Positions 1 to 9,162 of a DNA stretch of 23,127 nt are shown here, in pieces. Position 1 is the stretch's first letter. Every line of letters starts with the position of its first letter. The DNA comes from Gemmatimonadales bacterium (lineage in GTDB: Bacteria > Gemmatimonadota > Gemmatimonadetes > Gemmatimonadales > GWC2-71-9): assembly GCA_039794085.1 (NCBI GenBank), contig JBDIWC010000053.1:1-23127 (forward strand), read 5' to 3'. The position numbers and the translations under genes are program-made. The notes below the pieces were generated by a model. It was not told the DNA's origin and did no database searches. It saw only the letters and a list, made by a program, of their open reading frames with translations.

Positions 1-74
1 GGAGAGTCATCCCGGGCGAAGCCAGGAGCGTACCGTGCCATCGGAGCGTCACCCCGGCGGACGCCGGGGTCCAT

Positions 75-106
75 CTTCGAACTTCGAACTTCGAACTTCA
101 AACTTC
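75..106. repeat. Heptamer tandem array (CTTCGAA)n
   Basis: Three perfect units plus CTTCAAA and CTTC, followed by G13 at 110-122. Confidence 0.9.
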
Positions 107-192
107 CTCGGGGGGGGGGGGGCCCGGGTTGCGGAGGACGCGGCGTGAGCGTTTCTTGCATCAGGCCCCCGATCCGACCCGGAGGAATCCCG

Positions 193-1329
193 ATGTTCCG
201 ATTGATTGCGCTCGCGCTGGCGGTGCCCCTGCTGGTGTCGCCGGTGGCGCCACCCCAGGAGACCGAGTTCTCCCGGCTCGTGGCGCGATTGTCGGAGGGG
301 CCCGGATTCTTCCAGAGCGACAATCTCGTCTCCAATGAAACTTCCTATCTCCACGCGCTGGACACCTTCCGGGCCCTGAAGGTACGCGGGGGGGCATACC
401 TCGGGGTGGGACCGGAACAGAGCTTCAGTTACATCGCCGAGATCGAGCCCGAGGTGGCGATTCTCATCGACATCCGGCGCGACAACCTGCTCCTGCATCT
501 CCTGCTCAAGGCGATGTTCGAAACCTCGCGAAACCGGCTCGAATACCTCGGGTTGCTCTACGGTCGTCCAATGCCCGACGATCTCTATCTCTGGACCGAT
601 CTCGACCTGGAAGCGCTCCTCGACTACATCGATCAGACTCCTCCGAACCTTCCCCGGCACCGCACGACGCACCAATCCCTCCTCGACCGGATCGCGTCCC
701 ATGGCATGACACTGTCGCCGGAGGATCTGGCCACCCTGCAGTACTTCCACGATGAGTTCGTGAACACCGGGCTCGACATCCGGTACTCCACCCGGGGGCG
801 GGGACCTCGGCTTTCCTTCCCCACCAACCGCATGATCTATCTGGAAACCGACCTCGCCGGGAATCCCGGCAGCTATCTCGCGAGCGAGGACCGCTGGCGG
901 CGGGTGCGGAACCTCCACCTTCGGAACCGGATCGTACCGGTCATGGGGGACCTGGCCGGACCCCGGGCCGTCCGCGCCATCGGCGACTATCTGCGCGAGA
1001 TCCGCCAGACAGTGTCGGTGTTCTATGTGTCGAACGTGGAGCAATACCTCTTCCGGGGAGGCACCTTTCCCGCATTCGTCGACAATGTCAGGACGCTCCC
1101 CGTCCGGGACAACAGCGTCATGGTCCGGAGCTGGTTCGGGCGCGGAATGATCCTGTCCACCAGCCGCCCCGGGCATTTCAGCACCCAGATCACCCAGACC
1201 ATCCCGCGATTCCTGCAAATGGCCCGCGAACCGGAGACGCTGGACTACTGGATGCTGGTCAATGACGCGATCCATCCCGCCACCCTCGATTCTGCCCTCG
1301 GCCGGCACCTGGCACCCCGGCGGCCCTGA
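193..1329 (+). CDS. Exported hypothetical protein, possibly Rossmann/SAM-methyltransferase-like fold
   Basis: GGAGGA RBS at 181-186 before ATG 193 (ORF track starts at 145). Signal peptide MFRLIALALAVPLLVSPVA; motifs SDNLVSNE, YLGVGPEQSFSY...IDI and FYVSNVEQYL. Confidence 0.8.
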   Translation: MFRLIALALAVPLLVSPVAPPQETEFSRLVARLSEGPGFFQSDNLVSNETSYLHALDTFRALKVRGGAYLGVGPEQSFSYIAEIEPEVAILIDIRRDNLLLHLLLKAMFETSRNRLEYLGLLYGRPMPDDLYLWTDLDLEALLDYIDQTPPNLPRHRTTHQSLLDRIASHGMTLSPEDLATLQYFHDEFVNTGLDIRYSTRGRGPRLSFPTNRMIYLETDLAGNPGSYLASEDRWRRVRNLHLRNRIVPVMGDLAGPRAVRAIGDYLREIRQTVSVFYVSNVEQYLFRGGTFPAFVDNVRTLPVRDNSVMVRSWFGRGMILSTSRPGHFSTQITQTIPRFLQMAREPETLDYWMLVNDAIHPATLDSALGRHLAPRRP

Positions 1330-1443
1330 GAACCCCGTCATGTGTGGCCCCTCGGGCTCTGAGACGTCTCACCTGATGCACCGGATTCCGAACCTGAGGT
1401 TCTGTCTGTCTCCTGATACTTCACCCTGACAGGTTCCTGTTCC

Positions 1444-2643
1444 ATGAGATGTGTTGGTCACCCGATCCAAAGTCGCTGGATCGTCGCCGGGATCGCAGCG
1501 GCCGGGGCGGTGCTCCCGGTGTCTGTGCGCGCCCAGGTACCGGGTCCCATCCTGAGCGGGGTCGTGGTGGACACCCTCGGCCTCCCGCTGGCCCTGGCCG
1601 AGATCATCGTTGTGCGGGTGGGGGACTCAGCCCGGTACGTGGCGCGTGCGGGAGCCCGGGGCGGGTTCGCCATCACCGGCCCCGGGTCGGGGGAGTACGC
1701 CATCACGGTGCGGCGGATCGGGTACCAGCCGATTCAGGTGACCCTCTCCCTCCGGCTGGCGGAACCGAAATGGGTGCGGTTCGAAATGATCCCCCGGCCT
1801 CAGCAGCTCCCCGATGTCCTGGTGGAGGCGACTCCCGGCCCCGGGGAACGCCGGGGGCCGCTACTGAGCGGGTTGGTGGTGGACGATGCGCGGGAGCCGG
1901 TGCCGTTTGCCGAGATCGTGGTGAGCGGATTCATGCCGAAGACCCGGGGACCGTGGCAGGTGCAGACCGATGCCCGGGGCAGATTCCGGTTTCCCGAGGT
2001 GAAACCGGGGCAGTATGCGGTGACGGTGCGGCGGATCGGGTATGTGCCGATCCGGGCGTCGCTGTCGTTGAAGGAGACCCCGCGGGCCATCGAGTTCGTG
2101 ATGGCGACATGGCCGGCGGAGCTGCCGGAGCTGAAGGTGGTGGCGCGGCGAAACGACATCCTGCGCGGGGTGCGGCGGGCGGCGGCGTACTTCGGGGAGT
2201 TCCTCACCCGGGACGACATCGAGGCGGCGGCCCCAAAGACACTCGGCGACTTCATGGCTCTGCACCTGCCCAACGTGGAGCCCGGCAACTTCTCGATCCC
2301 GACCATCCCGAAGAGATCGCTCCCTCCACTTGGCGGGCTGGCGCTGACCAGTTCCACGGGCCCGCGCCCCCGCACGAACGCAGGGGCCAAACGAGAAGCT
2401 TTCCTGGGGCCCCCGTGCCCCCCGGTCATCTCGATCAACGGGGCACCGGCCCAGGTGGGGTGGGCGATCAACGACTTCGATCCGCAGCAGATCGAAGCTC
2501 TCGAGGTATACCGGCGGCGGGACCGGCCCGCTCCGTGGGAGTTCCAGGACGATCTGGTGTACCTTCGCAGCCCCTGCTCCCTGGTGGTGGTGTGGCTCAA
2601 GGACCGCGCAACGGCAGTGGCCCCGGAGGAACCGCCGGGGTGA
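1444..2643 (+). CDS. Exported protein with two carboxypeptidase regulatory-like domains and a C-terminal TonB plug-like domain, no beta-barrel (copy 1)
   Basis: Signal peptide ending VRA-Q. Two LSGxVVD...A.I...G.F...G.Y..TVRRIGY repeats; plug motifs FLTRDDIE, CPPVISING, IEALEVYR and CSLVVVWLK. Confidence 0.85.
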   Translation: MRCVGHPIQSRWIVAGIAAAGAVLPVSVRAQVPGPILSGVVVDTLGLPLALAEIIVVRVGDSARYVARAGARGGFAITGPGSGEYAITVRRIGYQPIQVTLSLRLAEPKWVRFEMIPRPQQLPDVLVEATPGPGERRGPLLSGLVVDDAREPVPFAEIVVSGFMPKTRGPWQVQTDARGRFRFPEVKPGQYAVTVRRIGYVPIRASLSLKETPRAIEFVMATWPAELPELKVVARRNDILRGVRRAAAYFGEFLTRDDIEAAAPKTLGDFMALHLPNVEPGNFSIPTIPKRSLPPLGGLALTSSTGPRPRTNAGAKREAFLGPPCPPVISINGAPAQVGWAINDFDPQQIEALEVYRRRDRPAPWEFQDDLVYLRSPCSLVVVWLKDRATAVAPEEPPG

Positions 2644-2656
2644 GGAAGCGATTCTC

Positions 2657-3157
2657 ATGACTCGTCTGCTCCACCTCCGATGGCTCCCCTTTCTCCTGGC
2701 CCTCGGTGCTTGCTCCGCTGAGCCGGTGACCCGGGCCGCGGGATGCTGGGACCTGCGCTGGTTCCGCGACGGAGCGCCGCAGATCGGTCCCCTCCTGCCC
2801 GACCATGTTCACCTGACTGATAGTGCCGTCGAGGATGCGGGCGCCGCTCCCGGCCCGGGGGAATGGTTTCAGGTGGAGAAGGCACCCGGCGTGGTGGACA
2901 CGTCCACGTCTCCCTTCGCCGCCGCGGTGTCGTGGCCCGACACCTTTCTGGAGCGAGGGTGGCACACTCTCCCCGGCGACTCCGCCTTCCTCGTCCTGGC
3001 TATTCCCGAGGCGATGCGTCTGGAGATCCGGTTCGGGGTGGACCCGAGCGGAGAAGCGATGCAGGGAACCGGCTGGTATCGGAGCAACGGCGACTCGAGC
3101 CGAATCGCGGTGAACGCCACTCGGCCATCGTGCAGTGGGGAGGGGGGGGAAGTCTGA
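2657..3157 (+). CDS. Hypothetical lipoprotein
   Basis: Starts 13 nt after the previous stop with GAGGA upstream; lipobox LLALGAC. Confidence 0.7.
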   Translation: MTRLLHLRWLPFLLALGACSAEPVTRAAGCWDLRWFRDGAPQIGPLLPDHVHLTDSAVEDAGAAPGPGEWFQVEKAPGVVDTSTSPFAAAVSWPDTFLERGWHTLPGDSAFLVLAIPEAMRLEIRFGVDPSGEAMQGTGWYRSNGDSSRIAVNATRPSCSGEGGEV

Positions 3158-3203
3158 AGTTCGAAGTGTGAAGTGTGAAGTTCGAAGTTGAAGGTGTGAA
3201 GTC
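3149..3203. repeat. Heptamer tandem array GAAGT(TC/GT), reverse complement of the 75-106 array
   Basis: About 8 imperfect units overlapping the stop codon of 2657-3157. Confidence 0.9.
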
Positions 3204-3210
3204 ATGAGCA

Positions 3211-3252
3211 CCCCCCTCTCCCGCCCTGCGGGAGAGGGGCCGGGGGTGAGGG
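3211..3252. repeat. REP-like palindrome between convergent genes; possible terminator
   Basis: CCCCTCTCCCGC-CCT-GCGGGAGAGGGG 12-bp perfect stem followed by CCGGGGGTGAGGG. Confidence 0.7.
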
Positions 3253-3256
3253 CCCT

Positions 3257-3607
3257 TCAAACTTCCGTCATCGCCCTCTGCTTGGTCCGGAGACCCTCCT
3301 GGATCCCGCCGCACACCATCTCGCACAGGTCGAACACATGCGGGTCGGCGATGCGGTAGAACGCCGTCACCCCCTCCTTCCGGCGTTCCACGAATCCCTG
3401 GTGATAGAGCAGCTGCAGGTGCTTGGAGACGTTCGCCTGCCCGGCGCCGGTGGCCGTGACCAGCTCGCCGACCGAACGCTCGCCCGCCTGGAGTGCGTGC
3501 AGGAGCGCGAGGCGCATCGGCTCGCCGAGCACGCGAAACCGCTCGGCGATGATGCGGGCCCGTTCCGGGGTGAGGATCGGGTGGGCGGGTTGGCGTGCAG
3601 AAGCCAT
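3257..3607 (-). CDS. ArsR/SmtB family transcriptional repressor with C-terminal CxxxC
   Basis: FRVLGEPMRLALL, SVGEL, QANVSKHLQLL, RRKEG..AFYRIAD and LCEMVC; divergent from the tauE-like/cstB-like genes. Confidence 0.93.
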   Translation of the reverse strand: MASARQPAHPILTPERARIIAERFRVLGEPMRLALLHALQAGERSVGELVTATGAGQANVSKHLQLLYHQGFVERRKEGVTAFYRIADPHVFDLCEMVCGGIQEGLRTKQRAMTEV

Positions 3608-3705
3608 GGTGTTTCCCCAGTGTGGGCACGGACCCCCTTGCCCGTGCCGATCTCTAAATATAACTTGATGGTTGACTAGTTGTCATCCCCTCACGGGAGG
3701 CTCCC

Positions 3706-4458
3706 CTGATTCTCGGATACGCCCTCGCCGTTCTCATCGGTGTCCTCCTCGGCCTCCTGGGGGGAGGAGGGTCGATCCTCACTGTGCCGGTGCTCATGTA
3801 CTTCTTCGGCTTCGGCATGAAGGAGGCCGTCCCCATGAGTCTCGTGGTGGTGGGGCTCACCAGCGTGTACGGCGTGACCCGGCATCATCGGGCGGGGAAC
3901 GTGAATTTCCGTACCGCCCTGGCGTTCGGGCCGATGGCGATCGTGGGATCGTTCGGTGGGGCGGTGCTGGCACTCCGCGCGAGCGGGACGCTGCAGGTCT
4001 CCGTGTTTGCGGTGGTGATGCTGCTCGCCTCCCTCGCCATGCTCTTCGGTCGCCGGATCTTCGGGCTCACGGAGCAGGGGGACGGGGAGCAGCAGAGACA
4101 CCCCGCCGTGATGGGAGGGCTCGGAGGTGCGGTGGGAGTTCTGACCGGGTTTGTGGGTGTGGGGGGTGGATTCCTCTATGTTCCCGCTCTCGCCACATTT
4201 GGTGGGGTGACCATGCGGCGTGCCGTGGGCACGTCACTGGTGCTCATCGCCCTGAGTTGCGCCGCGGGCCTGACGCGGTATCTTGGCGCGGTCTCCCTGG
4301 AGTGGGGCATCACCGGCATCTTCACGGTGCTGGCTTTTATTGGCGTAGTGATCGGATCGAACCTGGCGCAACGGGCGTCGCACGCAGGGCTCCGAAAGGG
4401 CTTTGCCCTCTTCCTTCTGGCGATGAGCCTTGTCGTGTTCTGGCGGGGCGAGGGATGA
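3706..4458 (+). CDS. TauE/SafE (TSUP) family sulfite exporter, probable non-canonical CTG start
   Basis: ILGYALAVLIGVLLGLLGGGGSILTVP and GFVGVGGGFLYVPAL...AVGTSL repeats. GGGAGG at 3695-3700 precedes CTG 3706; in-frame TGA at 3673. Confidence 0.9.
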   Translation: MILGYALAVLIGVLLGLLGGGGSILTVPVLMYFFGFGMKEAVPMSLVVVGLTSVYGVTRHHRAGNVNFRTALAFGPMAIVGSFGGAVLALRASGTLQVSVFAVVMLLASLAMLFGRRIFGLTEQGDGEQQRHPAVMGGLGGAVGVLTGFVGVGGGFLYVPALATFGGVTMRRAVGTSLVLIALSCAAGLTRYLGAVSLEWGITGIFTVLAFIGVVIGSNLAQRASHAGLRKGFALFLLAMSLVVFWRGEG

Positions 4459-4462
4459 CCCA

Positions 4463-4488
4463 GGATCCCCCGCTTCCGCGGGGATGAC
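4463..4488. repeat. REP-like palindrome of the GGAT...GATGAC family
   Basis: GGATCCCCCGCTTCCGCGGGGATGAC resembles 16131-16155. Confidence 0.65.
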
Positions 4489-4521
4489 GACTGATCAGAG
4501 ATCCCCCAGGAGTTACCACCA

Positions 4522-5979
<1,458 letters not shown>

Positions 5980-5998
5980 CGACGACTTCCTGCAGCGC

Positions 5999-6024
5999 GT
6001 CATCCCGAGCGGAGCGAGGGATCT
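5999..6024. repeat. REP-like element GTCATCCCGAGCGGAGCGAGGGATCT
   Basis: GTCAT-headed imperfect palindrome; similar heads at 6-28 and 16078-16103. Confidence 0.55.
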
Positions 6025-6111
6025 GAGAAGGTTGCGGGTGTACTTCCCGTCGTCCGGACTCCGATGGTCGCAGTGCGCGCCTCCTCCCGCGTGGTCAGTA
6101 GCTATCTTCGA

Positions 6112-6831
6112 TCAGCCCCCAGCCCCCAGCCCCCAGCCCCCAGCCCCCAGCCCCTGGCGGCAGGCGGCCTCGAGGACCCATTCCCATCCCGGATGCAGGT
6201 TGTAGAACGACAGGCTCACGCCCAGGAGGGTCCGGACCAGCTGTCGGAGCCGTGCCTCGGTGGTGCCGGCGAGGTCGGCCAGTTGGGAGACCAAGGGACA
6301 GAGCCTCTCCTGGCGGGCGAGCCGGACCACGCGACGGAAGTCGGAGGCGTGGGCCTCGAATTCGGCCTGGACCAGGCGTTGGATGGTGCGGCGGCTACCG
6401 GAGTGGTTCGTGGATGCTCCGGCGGGTGCCATGGCGGCCTGGAGGAGCGGGAGATGCTCGGGGTGGCCGAGCCGATGGGCGAGCCATTCGGCGAGCAGCG
6501 CAATGGTGGGGGTGGGTCGGGCGTTGATGCTTTGCAGCACAACCTCAGGCGAAGGCAGGGATGTCACCGCATGCGATATGATCGCGGTCTGGCCGTGGCG
6601 GGCGATATCGAAGAGCCGCACTCCGGCTTCGATCCGGGGAATGAGGTGCGGTGGGGCCACAATGGCGAGCGGTATCCAGGGTGGGAGAGGCTCGGCGTGG
6701 GTGGCCACGAGGGGGAAGCACTCGATGTCGGTCAACTGACACGTCAGGATCCATCCGAAGTGAGGGTGCGGGCAGGAGGGTGCCCGGCGCCAGGTCCGGG
6801 TTCCGGGGAGGAGAAAGCTCGGATCGTCCAC
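6112..6831 (-). CDS. Degenerate AraC-like HTH regulator, copy 1
   Basis: GGAGGT RBS 5 nt before GTG. SRRTIQRLV and VSQLADLAGTTEARLRQLVRTLLGVS resemble the two AraC HTH subdomains. 15 substitutions over 224 aa versus copy 2, frame conserved. Confidence 0.7.
   Translation of the reverse strand: MDDPSFLLPGTRTWRRAPSCPHPHFGWILTCQLTDIECFPLVATHAEPLPPWIPLAIVAPPHLIPRIEAGVRLFDIARHGQTAIISHAVTSLPSPEVVLQSINARPTPTIALLAEWLAHRLGHPEHLPLLQAAMAPAGASTNHSGSRRTIQRLVQAEFEAHASDFRRVVRLARQERLCPLVSQLADLAGTTEARLRQLVRTLLGVSLSFYNLHPGWEWVLEAACRQGLGAGGWGLGAGG
6114..6155. repeat. Heptamer tandem array (AGCCCCC)n
   Basis: Five perfect units plus one imperfect; encodes the GLGAGGWGLGAGG tail of regulator copy 1. Confidence 0.95.
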
Positions 6832-7052
6832 GCATCACCTCCATCATGACGTTGGAAGGCAAGGGTGACCAATTTCCCGGTGACGATCGGGGGCCGTTTG
6901 GGATGCACATTGCCCGCCCTGGCGCAAGCGACCTACCGTCATGCGACAGATCTGGCACGCTGTGGTATGGTGGGGTCCGGCGCGTGCCCCTATCTTGTGC
7001 GTGACGCCGGGAATGAGCTCGGGTCACATGGACACACTACCAAGGAGGCACG

Positions 7053-7268
7053 GTGCAGTCGATCGCGAAGATCCTCTCCGCAGTCATGCTCGCCGCAGGC
7101 ATTGGTTTCGCGGCCATCGCCCTCACTCCCACCCGGGCCGTCGCTGACGGTTGTCGTACGGAGAACACGGACTATCAGGGACCGGGCACCGGAACCCCCC
7201 AAAACTGCCTCGGGGGGACCTGCAAACAGGGTTGGTGCTGCCTGATCTGCGAACAGCTCGTGCCTTGA
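7053..7268 (+). CDS. Secreted Cys-rich peptide precursor 1 (31-aa signal + 40-aa six-Cys core)
   Basis: AAGGAGG at 7042-7048. Signal ends AVA; core DGCRTENTDYQGPGTGTPQNCLGGTCKQGWCCLICEQLVP; homologous to 10500-10706. Confidence 0.88.
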   Translation: MQSIAKILSAVMLAAGIGFAAIALTPTRAVADGCRTENTDYQGPGTGTPQNCLGGTCKQGWCCLICEQLVP

Positions 7269-7426
7269 GGTAACCATGTCCGGCATCCGAGGTTGGCCAG
7301 GTAGTCTGCATGCATTCTATTCTTGGTACGTCCACCTGGCCACCCCCGGGGTGGCATGCCTTGCCGTATGCAGGTCGCGAAAGCCGGTCGATCACAGCAC
7401 AGATGAGTGGTGTGCGGGACGAGGCA

Positions 7427-7942
7427 ATGTTGCGTAGGGGGCTATGGCTCGGCCTTCTTATACTGCTGGGGGGCTGTTGGGGCGGCTCTGAACCAGGGAG
7501 TGAACTCCGCGTGGGTTCCCTCGCGCCCGAAGCCATGAGGGTCGATGGGCAGGACGCTCTCGTGATCGCAGGAAGCGTTGATGACTGCCTGAGTTGCGAC
7601 CTTCTGGGATTATTCGTGGCACTCCGTGCCCTGCAACATTCGCAGGCACCAACCCCAGCCCCGGAGGTTCTCTTTCTCGCGATATCCAATCGCGCAAGTG
7701 ACACCCTGTACTTTCGACAGACGATGCGACGAGAACGGGTGAAGGGGAGGATCACGTCAGTACTTCCCCGGGTGGCGGCGAAGCTATTCGTGCCAGGTAG
7801 ACTGCCAGCGATGTATCTTGTTGGCAGTGGTGTTATTGTGGGAGCGTGGGAACCCTCGATCGAACAGCGACTCGTGACGATCGAACGGGATGAGCTCCTA
7901 AGACTGATCGAGAGCCGTGTCAGCAGCGAGCCGGGTCACTGA
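7427..7942 (+). CDS. Thioredoxin-like lipoprotein with DCxxC (DDCLSC)
   Basis: Lipobox LLGGC; VGSLAP, DCLSC, EVLFLAIS and LPAMYLV (cis-Pro position). Start uncertain (7403 or 7427). Confidence 0.75.
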   Translation: MLRRGLWLGLLILLGGCWGGSEPGSELRVGSLAPEAMRVDGQDALVIAGSVDDCLSCDLLGLFVALRALQHSQAPTPAPEVLFLAISNRASDTLYFRQTMRRERVKGRITSVLPRVAAKLFVPGRLPAMYLVGSGVIVGAWEPSIEQRLVTIERDELLRLIESRVSSEPGH

Positions 7943-8067
7943 CAACGAGAAGTACGTCATGTTCACCAGAGGCATCGCCTCCCCGTTGTGGATGTCGTGC
8001 CCACGCCGCTCATGGTCAAGACCTGTGGTGATTTCCGCTTGACTGACAGGAAGGATGAGGGTTCCCG

Positions 8068-9162
8068 ATGCATCATCATTTGGTGTGGTTGGTCTTCACG
8101 CTGACAGGTCTGGTTGGTCTCGGGGGTTGCGACGACGGGCGTCGCCACCGCGAGAGTCAAGACGACCTTGTCGCCGGCGATCCGATCACTGTCGTGGATG
8201 GGCAGCAGTTCGATGAGGTCTTCGCTGTGTACGATACGCTGGAACTGGAAGAACCCCGAGGCGTCCTGACTGTCGCCCCGTTCGTGTCTCTCGATTCCGG
8301 GGGAGGGTTTCTCGTGGCGGATGGGGCTGAGCACCAGGTGCGGGTGTACTCACCCCAAGGGAAACTCCGCGAGGTATTCGGTGAGGGAACCGAACGGGTG
8401 GACTCGATCAAGTCGCCGGGACGTGCTCTTCGCCTGCCCGAGGGGGACATTCTCGTGGTCAACCTGACCGGCCCCCTGACCATCCTCCCGGCCCGTCACG
8501 AGGAACCATCCCGTTTCATTCCGCGATCCCTCCGTACGGCTCGCCACGCCGAGATCCTGAACGACCACGAAGTGCTCATGGTCGGCTCCGATTCGAATCC
8601 CGTCGCGGCCACGCTGTTTCGGCTCAACGTGGCGAATGGCTACTACTCAGAGAGGTACTTCGCACCCCCAGCGCATCTTGACAAATGGGTGACGACCTTC
8701 ATGTCTGCGGTCCGGACGGCTCGGCGGGGAAACCGGATCGCCGCCGTTCACATGCTGTCGGACACGCTCGTGATCTTCGATCTCTCTGGAAGGGAGCAGA
8801 AGCGGGTCCACATTCCCATCGATCCGTTTCGAGCTCCGGAAGGGCCCCTCCCGGAGGACGTGACATCGGCGGCCGAGCGGTATGCCTGGACGGCGCAGTT
8901 CACGTTGGTCATGGACCTGTTCTGGATCGATGACAATGCGATTCTCGTCCAATGGGCAAAGGCCCTGGAGAACGGGCTGGATGCCGATGTGGGAATCCTC
9001 CAGATGGATACGACTGGCGTCAGGGCGTGGGCCATTGCGCCCTCCCCGAAGCTCGTTGCCGTGCGGGGAGAGGAGTTTTTCTTCAGGGATCCGCGCAACA
9101 ATGACCCGAACCGATGGTGGGTGGCGAAGCGGAGAGTAAGTCCGAGGGAGCCTCCATCATGA
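8068..9162 (+). CDS. 6-bladed beta-propeller lipoprotein
   Basis: Lipobox LGGC; FLVADGAEHQVRVYSPQGKL and LVIFDLSGRE blade motifs. Confidence 0.8.
   Translation: MHHHLVWLVFTLTGLVGLGGCDDGRRHRESQDDLVAGDPITVVDGQQFDEVFAVYDTLELEEPRGVLTVAPFVSLDSGGGFLVADGAEHQVRVYSPQGKLREVFGEGTERVDSIKSPGRALRLPEGDILVVNLTGPLTILPARHEEPSRFIPRSLRTARHAEILNDHEVLMVGSDSNPVAATLFRLNVANGYYSERYFAPPAHLDKWVTTFMSAVRTARRGNRIAAVHMLSDTLVIFDLSGREQKRVHIPIDPFRAPEGPLPEDVTSAAERYAWTAQFTLVMDLFWIDDNAILVQWAKALENGLDADVGILQMDTTGVRAWAIAPSPKLVAVRGEEFFFRDPRNNDPNRWWVAKRRVSPREPPS

Noticed and set aside
49..1341. 430-aa minus-strand ORF and similar long shadow ORFs (1449-2660, 3672-4487, 19059-20396, 20035-21042)
   Set aside because: Antisense or off-frame shadows of well-supported genes in high-GC DNA, with no recognisable motifs.
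6064..6849. Plus-strand ORF antisense to the regulator (also 10977-11543)
   Set aside because: Start and length are not conserved between copies, whereas the minus-strand frame has a strong RBS, HTH-like motifs and a conserved frame.
6952..6968. TGGCAC as a sigma54 -24 box upstream of the peptide genes (also 11645)
   Set aside because: No GC at the -12 position in either copy.
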